Source: Sedimentisphaerales bacterium
Lineage (GTDB): Bacteria; Planctomycetota; Phycisphaerae; Sedimentisphaerales; SM23-30
DNA length: 64,000 nucleotides
Reading direction: 5' to 3'
Assembly (NCBI GenBank): GCA_963663965.2
Contig: CAXXFK010000036.1
Location: forward strand, 45,089-109,088
The translations under genes and the position numbers were made by a program. The notes under the pieces are model-generated. The model did not search any database and was not told the origin of the DNA. It saw only the letters and a program-made list of their open reading frames with translations. Shown in pieces: positions 10,121 to 19,197 of this stretch (positions within the stretch are counted from its first letter, which is position 1; each line of letters begins with the position of its first letter).

Positions 10121-11422
10121 TCAGGGAATAAACTCGTCGGCGCCGATGTCTGTGGGGGGATGGCGGGGAGTGAGGTCGATGTCGTCGGTAATGGCGTTGA
10201 GGGGACGGGCCTGGTCGATGGCGGCGGTTGCCAAGGGGGTGAGGTGGAGGTTGCCGCGGGCCGGATCGACGAACCAGGAGGGGATGGGTTTGATGAGATT
10301 GCCGGCCAGATCGATGGGGCCGGGATCGCCTTCGATAGAGAGGCGGGGGCCGCTGAACAGGTTGTTTTTGACGATGAGGTTATCGTTGGCGTGGACGACG
10401 CGGAGCAGGCGGCCATTAGGACTGTCCGGATCGTGAATGGAGTTATGGATGATGATACAGTCGCGGGTATGGTCGGTGACGATATTGCTTTCGGGACAGC
10501 GGGTAATAAAATTGTTGCGGACGATGACGTGATTGCAATGGCGGCGCGGACCGCGAGCGCTGGAGTTGCCCAGGGCAATGCCGGTATCGCAATCGATGAT
10601 GATATTACGTTCGATGATACAGTTCCGGCAGTTGTGCCAGAGGAAGATAGCGCCGCGGGCCTCGGCGGTTTTGCCGTGGATGTTGAGAAAAACGTTGTCG
10701 CTGATGGTCCAGTCAGAGGCGTTCATGATGTCGATGCCGCCAATGTAATTGTAGCCCATAGGGGAGCCTTGATTGGCATCTTCCCAGGGATCATCGCCGT
10801 GCTGCTTGGGGCGGTCATTATAGAAAAGGCAATATTGCACACGGCAGGCGTTGACCCATTGGGGGGCGTTATCACTATCGGGGACTTTGGGGCCTTTGAT
10901 GTGGCGCTGCCAGATGTTGTGGCTGATGATGTTATAGATGGTGGCGTGATGGGCGTTGAGGTCGGAGTTGATTTTGATACCGTTCTGGGTGACGTTCTGG
11001 ATGGTGAGGTTGGCGATAGTAACACCAGCAGCATGGCTGATGGCGATACCCTCGCCGTGGATACTGTTGGCGAAATCAAGTACGACACTGGACCGGTTGC
11101 CGGATCCGCCGCGCAGGGTGACCTGGTCGGTTTGCAGGGTCAGGGTGCGGGACATGGAGTAATGGCCGTCGGTAAGCAGAATGGTTGTGCCGGATTGAAG
11201 ACTGGCGGCGGCCTGGTAGAGTTCGGCGGGGGTGGAGATTTTGATGACCGGACCGGAGGGCGGCTGCAGCGGGGGCGCCTGGGGGTACCAGGACTGTTGG
11301 AGTATTTCCGGGGGGACTTCCGCCCTGAGAAGGGATGTTATTAAGATGGCGGACAGGAACGTCTGGACCAGGATCGGATGGTTAAGTTGTCGATAGATTC
11401 TTTTCATAAGAATCACACACAA
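10121..11422 (-). CDS. Secreted right-handed parallel beta-helix (pectin-lyase-like) protein; likely start ATG 11407
   Basis: Repeated I-x-N-N motifs (WTISDNVF, CIIERNII, VIVRNNFI, LIVKNNLF) and a C-terminal FVDPARGNLHL...DIGADE motif. Confidence 0.75.
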   Translation of the reverse strand: MCVILMKRIYRQLNHPILVQTFLSAILITSLLRAEVPPEILQQSWYPQAPPLQPPSGPVIKISTPAELYQAAASLQSGTTILLTDGHYSMSRTLTLQTDQVTLRGGSGNRSSVVLDFANSIHGEGIAISHAAGVTIANLTIQNVTQNGIKINSDLNAHHATIYNIISHNIWQRHIKGPKVPDSDNAPQWVNACRVQYCLFYNDRPKQHGDDPWEDANQGSPMGYNYIGGIDIMNASDWTISDNVFLNIHGKTAEARGAIFLWHNCRNCIIERNIIIDCDTGIALGNSSARGPRRHCNHVIVRNNFITRCPESNIVTDHTRDCIIIHNSIHDPDSPNGRLLRVVHANDNLIVKNNLFSGPRLSIEGDPGPIDLAGNLIKPIPSWFVDPARGNLHLTPLATAAIDQARPLNAITDDIDLTPRHPPTDIGADEFIP

Positions 11423-11524
11423 AAAGTTCTTAAGAAAGAATAAACATGTGGATCACTATCCGTTTACCACTGCCTAAGACATGATGAAAATCATTATTGT
11501 CAGGCAATTAAAAAACCAGTCAGG

Positions 11525-13426
11525 TCATTTCCAGAACTGCCACCATTTTTTAGAAGATTTTGTCGATACGGGGGCCGGCTCGGGCTCTGGTTGTAACTTG
11601 TTCGGGGTATGAACTGGCTGTTTTTTCGCCGGGGGTTGACCGTTGACATGGATAGTGAGTCCAGGAGAGTCAGATAGTGACTCACCTGTGGTCTGGAGAT
11701 CGATGACAACGAAATCGCCCTTGAGACTGACTGCCAAAAGGTAACGCTGAGAAAGCAAGGCCATATGATAAGCTTCAAAGTTTATCGGAGCAACGGCCTG
11801 CATGGTTTTTTGTTTTCTATCACATTTCCAGACCGCATCAGGTTGTCCGGCCAGATAGATGGTGTTCAGTGCGTCATCGCCTGGAATCAGGGTGAAAAAT
11901 GGTTGATGCGTCCGGGGATTCGACAAATCAATCGGATCACCATCTTGATTGCCCTGATCATCCACCCATAGCAGGATTGGGGACATCATTTCCGAACACC
12001 AGAGGCTTCGGTCCCTGCTGTTAATCAAATGATGACAGCAATAGCCGGGCATCCCATACTGGTACATATCCAGATGGATATGGTATTCATTTGGATTACT
12101 GAAACGATAGACCATTTGTGAGGCATACTGACCGGCAATGAGATCCCCGTAGTCATTAAAATAAAATACCTCGAAGGAGCCTGAATAGGAGTTAGGCACG
12201 GGAAACTGTCCTAATGTTATTTCTTCCTGGTAGTCGTAAATTACCAGTTCAGTCCTATCGGCAATGGCTACATGAGGATGGCAGGGAGACAGGGCGATTC
12301 GTTCCGGGTTTTCTATGGGGCAATGGCAGGTGACGTTGGCGCCCTCCAGTTCAATATGCAGTTCGGAGGCCAGGGCGTAAGCTTGTCCATGAGGCGCAAT
12401 ATACACGCAATCGCAGGACAGATCTTGTTCGATGATCTGGATATCGATGACGGGCAGGTCCGGGTTGTCTTTCAAATCGAAGGAGAAGAGCTGTGCACTA
12501 TTTTTATCGAAAAGGAAACGGCCGTTGGCGCCGGCTTGTTCCAGAGACTCAAGCGGGCCGTCATCGCTGTATTCGTTCAATTTGCCTTCCGCGACAATCG
12601 GGCAAGCCAGGTCATTCAAAACGGTGGCATTGATACCGGTTAGCCTTGGTGGTTCCTGGCTGATTGCCGGGGAGGCATCCGGTCGGGTTTTCTTTGCCGC
12701 GCTTTGAGGTGTGTCAGAATTTTCTGGCAGAACCGGGTTGATTTCCATCGGCATGATATCATAAACACACTGGACAGATCGCCGATAATCCCTTGAGTAT
12801 GCCGATAAATCATCGTGAAATTGCAGAACAGAGGCCAGTTCCTCTTGTAAGGCTTGGCGGCATTCCAACGGCAGCGCCAGGTCGATGTCATAGACGGCTT
12901 GAGGGGAGGTTGCCTCCTGGTATTGCCCAGTACTGGTATCGTAAAAGCTGGTGGTGCTCATACTGCGATCGGCAATTGTCACCACCAGGGTATTGTTTGT
13001 GAACGCGTCTTGATAAAGCTTTACCGTGGTGTCCCGTTCATCCAGACCGTTAATCATCTCCAGGAAAGGGTTCGGTTTGCCAAAAGCTTCGCGTAAAGAA
13101 CCCGATTCCATTCCAACATAGATGCCGACCAATCCGCCATATTGAGTTCTGAAGAAGGAAAACGCGATTTTGATATCTCCTTCAATCAGTTTGCCGGTAT
13201 AATCGTCTAACCGGGTCAACAGGAATGGTCCCTGATCGGAATCCAACCGGAAAAAACCGGCGCCATGTTTATTGATGGTTAAATGTCGATAATTGGCCGA
13301 GAGTAACAGGGTGCCAAATCGAGATGCTTTATGCATGCCCTGGGGGACGCAAAGCACCACCTGACGTAAATTTTTATCTGGATCTTCGGCAAAATACCAT
13401 TTCAAGTTGGATTGATCGTCACTCAT
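11525..13426 (-). CDS. Hypothetical protein, possible beta-propeller C-terminal half, KKWWQFWK tail
   Basis: 633 aa ORF with AAGGAA RBS and WD/YVTN-like blades (IALSPCHPHVAIAD, VFYFNDYGDLIAG). Confidence 0.6.
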   Translation of the reverse strand: MSDDQSNLKWYFAEDPDKNLRQVVLCVPQGMHKASRFGTLLLSANYRHLTINKHGAGFFRLDSDQGPFLLTRLDDYTGKLIEGDIKIAFSFFRTQYGGLVGIYVGMESGSLREAFGKPNPFLEMINGLDERDTTVKLYQDAFTNNTLVVTIADRSMSTTSFYDTSTGQYQEATSPQAVYDIDLALPLECRQALQEELASVLQFHDDLSAYSRDYRRSVQCVYDIMPMEINPVLPENSDTPQSAAKKTRPDASPAISQEPPRLTGINATVLNDLACPIVAEGKLNEYSDDGPLESLEQAGANGRFLFDKNSAQLFSFDLKDNPDLPVIDIQIIEQDLSCDCVYIAPHGQAYALASELHIELEGANVTCHCPIENPERIALSPCHPHVAIADRTELVIYDYQEEITLGQFPVPNSYSGSFEVFYFNDYGDLIAGQYASQMVYRFSNPNEYHIHLDMYQYGMPGYCCHHLINSRDRSLWCSEMMSPILLWVDDQGNQDGDPIDLSNPRTHQPFFTLIPGDDALNTIYLAGQPDAVWKCDRKQKTMQAVAPINFEAYHMALLSQRYLLAVSLKGDFVVIDLQTTGESLSDSPGLTIHVNGQPPAKKQPVHTPNKLQPEPEPAPVSTKSSKKWWQFWK

Positions 13427-13686
13427 AGATTTTCCTTTGGGCTATTAAAGGGTACCTATAGAAATTTATTCTGGCGGGCAACTAGTTTTCATCAGGTTAT
13501 ATTGGGTGGAAACTGCCTGCCAGGGGTTTGAGGAAAATAGCGGTTTTCCTATGGCCGGATCATTGGTAAATATCCAGTCGTTGCGATCCAGAGGGAGATC
13601 CCGCTTATAACACAATTATTCGGCAAAATACCTTTTGGTAAAGATTCCTGCAGGGTAAAAGTATACTGAAACTTTTTTGGAAACTA

Positions 13687-14940
13687 TTAAACAGGAATAG
13701 GAAATTGCTGACAGAGTTCGCGGGTTTCGTTGCGAACCGCTTCGATGACCCTGGTGTCACCGCCGGAGCTGAGGATCCGGTCGAACCAGCCGGCGATCTG
13801 AACCATGTGGTCTTCTTTGAGACCGCGGGTGGTGATGGCGGGGGTGCCGACCCGGATCCCGCTGGCTTCCATGGCTTTGCGGGTGTCGAAGGGGATGAGG
13901 TTCTTGTTGACGACAATCCCGCCATCATGGAGCCAGGTTTCGGCGGCGGCGCCGGTGAGATTTTCGTTATAGGGGCGCAGGTCGACCAGGACGAGATGGT
14001 TGTCGGAACCGCCGGAGCAGAGGCGGAAGCCTTTACTGAGTAGGGCTTCGGCAAGGGTATGACAGTTTTTGACGACCTGTTCGATATATTGTTTGAATTC
14101 CGGCCGGGAGGCTTCGGCGAAGGCAACCGCTTTGGCGGCGATGATATGACAGAGAGGCCCGCCCTGCATGCCGGGGAAGACGGCGGAATTGACCTTTTTG
14201 GCCCATTCTTCCTTGCACATGGCAATGCCGGAACGGGGGCCGCGCAGGGTTTTGTGGGTGGTGCTGGTAACGAAATCGCAGACGGGAACGGGATCGGGAT
14301 GGAATCCGGTGCAGACCAGTCCGGCGATGTGGGCGATATCGGCCATGAGCAGGGCGCCGGTGTCTTTGGCGATCTGGCTGAGACGGTCGAAATCGATGAC
14401 GCGCGGGTAGGCGCTGGCGCCGCAGACAATGAGTTTGGGTTTATGTTCGCGGGCGAGCTGGTGGACCTGGTCGTAGTCGATGGTTTCGGTTTTGGGATCG
14501 ACGCCGTAAGAGACGACGTTATAGAGCCGGCCGCTGAAGTTAAGTTTGAAACCGTGGGTGAGGTGGCCGCCGTGGGAGAGGTCCATGGCGAGCATGGTAT
14601 CGCCGGGATCCATGCAGGCAAAATAAGCGGCCATATTGGCCTGACTGCCGGAGTGGGGCTGGACGTTGGCATGATCGCAACCGAAGAGGGCTTTGCAGCG
14701 GTCGATGGCGAGGGTTTCGACCTGGTCGACGTTTTCGCAACCCCCGTAATAACGTTTGGCGGGGTAGCCTTCGGCGTATTTGTTGGTAAGGCAGCTGCCG
14801 CCGGCGATGGTAACGGCGGGTGATGCATGATTTTCGGAGGCGATCATTTCGAGCATGGACTGCTGGCGTCGCTCTTCCTTGGCGATCAGGTCGTAAATGG
14901 CGGGGTCACTATTTTTGAGGTATTCGGCTGATCCAAACAC
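13687..14940 (-). CDS. glyA: Serine hydroxymethyltransferase
   Basis: [34 protein letters not shown] and the PLP lysine motif [13 protein letters not shown] start at 14940 follows an AAGGAG RBS. Confidence 0.97.
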   Translation of the reverse strand: MFGSAEYLKNSDPAIYDLIAKEERRQQSMLEMIASENHASPAVTIAGGSCLTNKYAEGYPAKRYYGGCENVDQVETLAIDRCKALFGCDHANVQPHSGSQANMAAYFACMDPGDTMLAMDLSHGGHLTHGFKLNFSGRLYNVVSYGVDPKTETIDYDQVHQLAREHKPKLIVCGASAYPRVIDFDRLSQIAKDTGALLMADIAHIAGLVCTGFHPDPVPVCDFVTSTTHKTLRGPRSGIAMCKEEWAKKVNSAVFPGMQGGPLCHIIAAKAVAFAEASRPEFKQYIEQVVKNCHTLAEALLSKGFRLCSGGSDNHLVLVDLRPYNENLTGAAAETWLHDGGIVVNKNLIPFDTRKAMEASGIRVGTPAITTRGLKEDHMVQIAGWFDRILSSGGDTRVIEAVRNETRELCQQFPIPV

Positions 14941-15218
14941 GGTATGCTCCTTATAAAAAAGACAAACTGTCAAGCTGACAAGGCTAACCATAGCCTGTCA
15001 GCCAACCCGTCAGCCAACTCGTCAGCAACTGTCAAAACAAGTAATTGTTTTTTAACGACTTAGCTGGCGATAAGCTGGATAAGTGTTTCAGTAAAAGATA
15101 TAATTTATGAAAAAAATTGCTATAATACAAGGAAATAGTTTATTGTATGAGCCGAGTTAAGTGGATTGTGGGCAATGACAAGGAATTTAGATACTAACTT
15201 ATTAAATGTGAAACAGTT

Positions 15219-18101
15219 ATGGTTAAGATGGCAGACAGTCAGCAGATCGTTCGAGAATTGGGAAGTGAACTGGCCGGACAGGTACTGGGTGATAATCTCA
15301 CATTGGCGATGTATAGTACGGATGCGAGCATCTTTCAGATCCGGCCGGCGTGTGTGGTAATTCCTGAGCATCGAGAAGATGTACAGACCGTAGTACGTTA
15401 TGCCCGGGAGCACGGATTGAGTGTGATCGCGCGGGGTTCGGGCAGCGGTCTGGCGGGTGAGAGTCTGGGTGAGGGGATTGTTCTGGATTTTACCAGTCGG
15501 ATGAACCGGATGCTGGGAGTTGATCTGGAACGGGATACGGTGACTGTACAGCCGGGGGTGGTATTGGAATGGCTGAACCGTCAGTTACGGGTTCATGGCA
15601 AGATGGTGGGACCGGATCCGGCCAGTGGTTCACGGGCCACGTTTGGCGGGATGATCGCCAATAACGCCACCGGGGCGCATTCGCTGGTCTATGGGTATAT
15701 CGGGGATCATTTAAAGGGATTGGAGATGGTCTGGAGTGATGGCGAGGCGGATCGCATGAATGGCGCGGGGATGGGGGAGCGATCAACCCGTTACACGGGG
15801 CAGGTGGGTGATTTGCTGGCGGGAGTGAAAGGGTTGCTGGAAGCGAAGCGGCCGAAGAGTCCGCGGCATGGCAGCGGGTATAATCTGTATGGGACAATGG
15901 AAAATAACGGGATTAACCTGAGGCAACTGATAGCGGGTTCGGAAGGAACGCTGGGGATTGTGACAGAGGCAGAAATCGGGTTGGTGGATATCCCGAGGGT
16001 TAAAATGCTGGCGCAGCTTAATTTCGATACGCTGGGAGCGATGGCCCGCTGTGTGCCGGCGATTCTGGAACATGATCCGGCGGCGTGCGAATTGATGGAT
16101 GGGACATTACTGGAATTGACGCGGGAGGCGCATCCGGATTATCGGGGGGTATTGCCGGATGGTGTGGCGGCTTCGCTGCTGGTTGAACTGGCCGGCGGCA
16201 GTGAGGGTGAGGTTCGTCGACGAATCGAACAATTTGGCGCGGCCATGCGCGGGTTGCCGGTTGCGGCACGGTGCCGGGATATGAAAGAGATTATCAGTGC
16301 GACTGATCAGGCGTTGGTGTGGAAGGCACGCAAGGCGGCGCTGCCGTTATTATTCCGGCGGAAGAGCGCGTATCAGCCGACGCCGATTATTGAAGATGTG
16401 GCGGTGCCGCCGGAGGCGCTGGGAGAGTATCTGGATGGACTGACGGAGATAACCAGGCGGTTAGAGATCCCCATCGCGTATTACGCACATGCGGGTCATG
16501 GCGAGATTCATCCGCGGCCATATTTAGATTTGCATCAGGCGTCCGAGATCAGGAAAATGCGTCAACTGGCGGATGAGGTCTTTAAGCTGGCATGGAAGCT
16601 GGGTGGCTCGATCAGCGGAGAACATGGCGAAGGACTGGTGCGAGCCGCGTGGATCCGCCAGCAGGTGGGGGATGAGGTGTATGAGGTATTGCGCGGAATT
16701 AAAGGGGTATTTGACCCGGAGAACCGTCTTAATCCGGGCAAGATTATTAATGACGATCCGGATATCATGGAGAAAAATCTTCGGTTTCAGTATCCACGTT
16801 TGCGGGAGAACTGGCCAACAAACTTGGTATTTCGAAAAGATGAGTTCCGGGCGGAGATCGAGCAGTGTAACGGGAATGGTTTGTGCCGGACGGCCGATCC
16901 GACGTTGAGTATGTGTCCGGTATTTCGGGCGACGGGGGATGAAAAGGCCAGTCCACGGGCGAAGGGTAATCTGATGCGCTGCTGGTTTGACGGGCTGCTG
17001 CCGGAGACCATTATGCAGACGGCTGAGTTCAAGCAGATCGCGGATTTGTGCATTAACTGCAAGATGTGCGCGTCGGAGTGTCCCTCGCTGGTGAATATCC
17101 CCAAGCTGATGATGGAGGCACGGGCGGAATATGTCAAGCATCATGGTTTGACGCGTGCGCAGTGGCTGCTGACGCGGAGCGAGTTGTTGAGTATGGCGGG
17201 CAGTCTGCTGGGTCCGGTGTCGAACGCGGTGTTGCGGATGCCGGTGGTTAAGCAGGTGATGGCGATGGCATTCGGGCTGGATCGGCGTCGGGATTTGCCG
17301 CCGTTTGACTGGGGTTGGAACCTGGGCAAGTTGCGGCGCTATCTGAAGCAGTCCGGGCAACCGAAACAGCCGCTGGCACGGGTGGTTTATTTTGTGGATT
17401 TATTCGCGAATTATAATGATCACGCGTTGGGGCGGGCCACGGTTGATGTGTTGCGGCATCATGATATTGAGGTGGTGATTCCGGCGCAGATGGGTTGCGC
17501 GGTACCGGCGGTGAGTTATGGCGACCTGGGATTCGCGCGGATGGCGATTGAACATAATGTGCGGTCGCTGGTAGAATGGGCAAAGAGGGGATATCAGATT
17601 ATTTGCAGTGAACCGACGGCGGCGCTGGCGTTAAAACATGAATATCTGGATGTAGTCGGTAGCGCGGAGGCGCGACTGGTGAGCGGGCAGACGCGGGAGT
17701 TGACGGATTATCTGTCGGAGTTGCAGCGAAAAGGGCAATTGAAGGCCTTTGAGCGGCCGGTTAATTTAAAGCTGGCGTACCACCGGCCGTGTCATTATGA
17801 AGCGCTGGCGGTTGACGGGGGGACCGTGGCATTATTGAAAGGGATAGAGGGCTTACAGATTGAGCGTTTGCCGGTGAGTTGCTGCGGGATGGCCGGTACG
17901 TTTGGATTTCAGAGCAAGAGTTATGACCTGTCGATAAAGGCGGGCGAGCCAATGTTGCAGGGGTTGCAGGGATCGGATTGCGATTATGGCTTGACGGAGT
18001 GTTCGACCTGTAGAATGCAGATGGAAGGGATCGGACGCAAAAAAACGCTGCATCCGGTTAAGGTACTGGCAGCGGCATGGGGGTATGGGGAGATCGGTTG
18101 A
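15219..18101 (+). CDS. FAD-binding, Fe-S-binding oxidoreductase (GlcD/GlcF-fusion, YdiJ-like)
   Basis: RGSGSGLAG, GSEGTLG, HAGHGEIH, GSISGEHGEG, 4Fe-4S motif CINCKMCASECP and CCG domain CCGMAGTFG. Confidence 0.9.
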   Translation: MVKMADSQQIVRELGSELAGQVLGDNLTLAMYSTDASIFQIRPACVVIPEHREDVQTVVRYAREHGLSVIARGSGSGLAGESLGEGIVLDFTSRMNRMLGVDLERDTVTVQPGVVLEWLNRQLRVHGKMVGPDPASGSRATFGGMIANNATGAHSLVYGYIGDHLKGLEMVWSDGEADRMNGAGMGERSTRYTGQVGDLLAGVKGLLEAKRPKSPRHGSGYNLYGTMENNGINLRQLIAGSEGTLGIVTEAEIGLVDIPRVKMLAQLNFDTLGAMARCVPAILEHDPAACELMDGTLLELTREAHPDYRGVLPDGVAASLLVELAGGSEGEVRRRIEQFGAAMRGLPVAARCRDMKEIISATDQALVWKARKAALPLLFRRKSAYQPTPIIEDVAVPPEALGEYLDGLTEITRRLEIPIAYYAHAGHGEIHPRPYLDLHQASEIRKMRQLADEVFKLAWKLGGSISGEHGEGLVRAAWIRQQVGDEVYEVLRGIKGVFDPENRLNPGKIINDDPDIMEKNLRFQYPRLRENWPTNLVFRKDEFRAEIEQCNGNGLCRTADPTLSMCPVFRATGDEKASPRAKGNLMRCWFDGLLPETIMQTAEFKQIADLCINCKMCASECPSLVNIPKLMMEARAEYVKHHGLTRAQWLLTRSELLSMAGSLLGPVSNAVLRMPVVKQVMAMAFGLDRRRDLPPFDWGWNLGKLRRYLKQSGQPKQPLARVVYFVDLFANYNDHALGRATVDVLRHHDIEVVIPAQMGCAVPAVSYGDLGFARMAIEHNVRSLVEWAKRGYQIICSEPTAALALKHEYLDVVGSAEARLVSGQTRELTDYLSELQRKGQLKAFERPVNLKLAYHRPCHYEALAVDGGTVALLKGIEGLQIERLPVSCCGMAGTFGFQSKSYDLSIKAGEPMLQGLQGSDCDYGLTECSTCRMQMEGIGRKKTLHPVKVLAAAWGYGEIG

Positions 18102-18126
18102 GAACGGCGCAGACTCAGAAGGCGAG

Positions 18127-19170
18127 TCAAACCATGGTATGAGCCTGGGCGATGATATTGAGCATGGCGGCGGCCTGTTTGCGGACTTCGCTATCGCTGT
18201 GAGTGACGCGGCCGTTCCATTTGCGGTATTCGCGGCTGAGATAATTTTTGATGTCGCCGGGCAGCATGTCCGGTTCGATCCCCAGGATAAAACCGGGATC
18301 AACCTGTTCCATGCGGGTGACGGGCAGGTGGACTTCGAGGAGATTGCGGAAGCGGGAGCGGTTGATTTTAAAGCTGATAGCGAGATTATCAAGTTCGTGG
18401 AGTTCGGTCATAACTACCTCACCACGGGTACATAATACATCCATACATTGGGTAAGAATGGCGATCAGCCGTTTGCGGGGTGACAGCCGGGTGAGTTCCC
18501 GAATCAGTTCTTTGCGGAGGTTCTGTGGCGATTTAAGGCGGGCCAGTCCTTTAAATAAAAGCGCTTTCAGATTGCCTTTGATGGTCATACCGGCCTGCAG
18601 AGCCGGCTGGTGACCTTTGGGAACGAAGGTCCAGGCCAGAACTTCGCCAAGGTGGTCGATGTAGGGTTCGAGTTCGATTTCGTCGAGGAACCCATTTTCA
18701 GGATTGTGAATAACAACGACAGATTGAGCCAGGGCCAGCGGGGTATTCATTTGCTCGTGATCGGCGTTGATGGAGGCGGTGACCAGGATTTTACGGTTGC
18801 CTCTACGGGCAAAATGCAGGTTATGATAATCGATATCGGCAATCGCGGTCCAATCGGACAGCGTGGCGGTACCCACGGGCAGTATGCCATTAGAAGCGGA
18901 GATGCGAACGGTTTCTTCCGATAGAGAGGGATCGTCTTTGATCCGTACGGGCAGGGGATCCCTTTGCGATTGGGTGATATCGAGCATTTCAAAGACGATG
19001 GTGGTGGCAAGATCGGGTTGGGGACTGTAAACAGAGCCCCGGATTTCAAAAATAATTCTGCCGGAGACATCATCTTTTTCGATTCGCGGGCGAACATTCA
19101 GATCACTGCTGCTGAGCGCGGGCGAATCGGCTTCCTTTTCAATGACTGGCTGTACCAGAGTTAGATTCAT
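18127..19170 (-). CDS. TerB-like plus degenerate J-domain protein (DjlA-like architecture, no HPD)
   Basis: CMDVLCTRGEVVMTELHELDNLA is TerB-like. The C-terminal DPGFILGI..DIKNYLSREYRKW...AAAMLNIIAQA is J-domain-like. It lies downstream of the Hsp70 gene. Confidence 0.6.
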   Translation of the reverse strand: MNLTLVQPVIEKEADSPALSSSDLNVRPRIEKDDVSGRIIFEIRGSVYSPQPDLATTIVFEMLDITQSQRDPLPVRIKDDPSLSEETVRISASNGILPVGTATLSDWTAIADIDYHNLHFARRGNRKILVTASINADHEQMNTPLALAQSVVVIHNPENGFLDEIELEPYIDHLGEVLAWTFVPKGHQPALQAGMTIKGNLKALLFKGLARLKSPQNLRKELIRELTRLSPRKRLIAILTQCMDVLCTRGEVVMTELHELDNLAISFKINRSRFRNLLEVHLPVTRMEQVDPGFILGIEPDMLPGDIKNYLSREYRKWNGRVTHSDSEVRKQAAAMLNIIAQAHTMV

Positions 19171-19197
19171 AGCTTTCCCTGCATTATTCCCAAAATT

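Noticed and set aside
9959..11344. 461-aa plus-strand ORF
   Set aside because: Antisense shadow of the beta-helix gene with a V/D/G-rich composition produced by codon bias; no recognisable motifs.
13605..14828. 407-aa Pro/Ser-rich ORF
   Set aside because: Alternative frame inside glyA caused by C-rich codon usage.
14941..15120. ZTP/THF/glycine riboswitch upstream of glyA
   Set aside because: No consensus aptamer motifs are visible; reported only as an unexplained repeat/hairpin leader.
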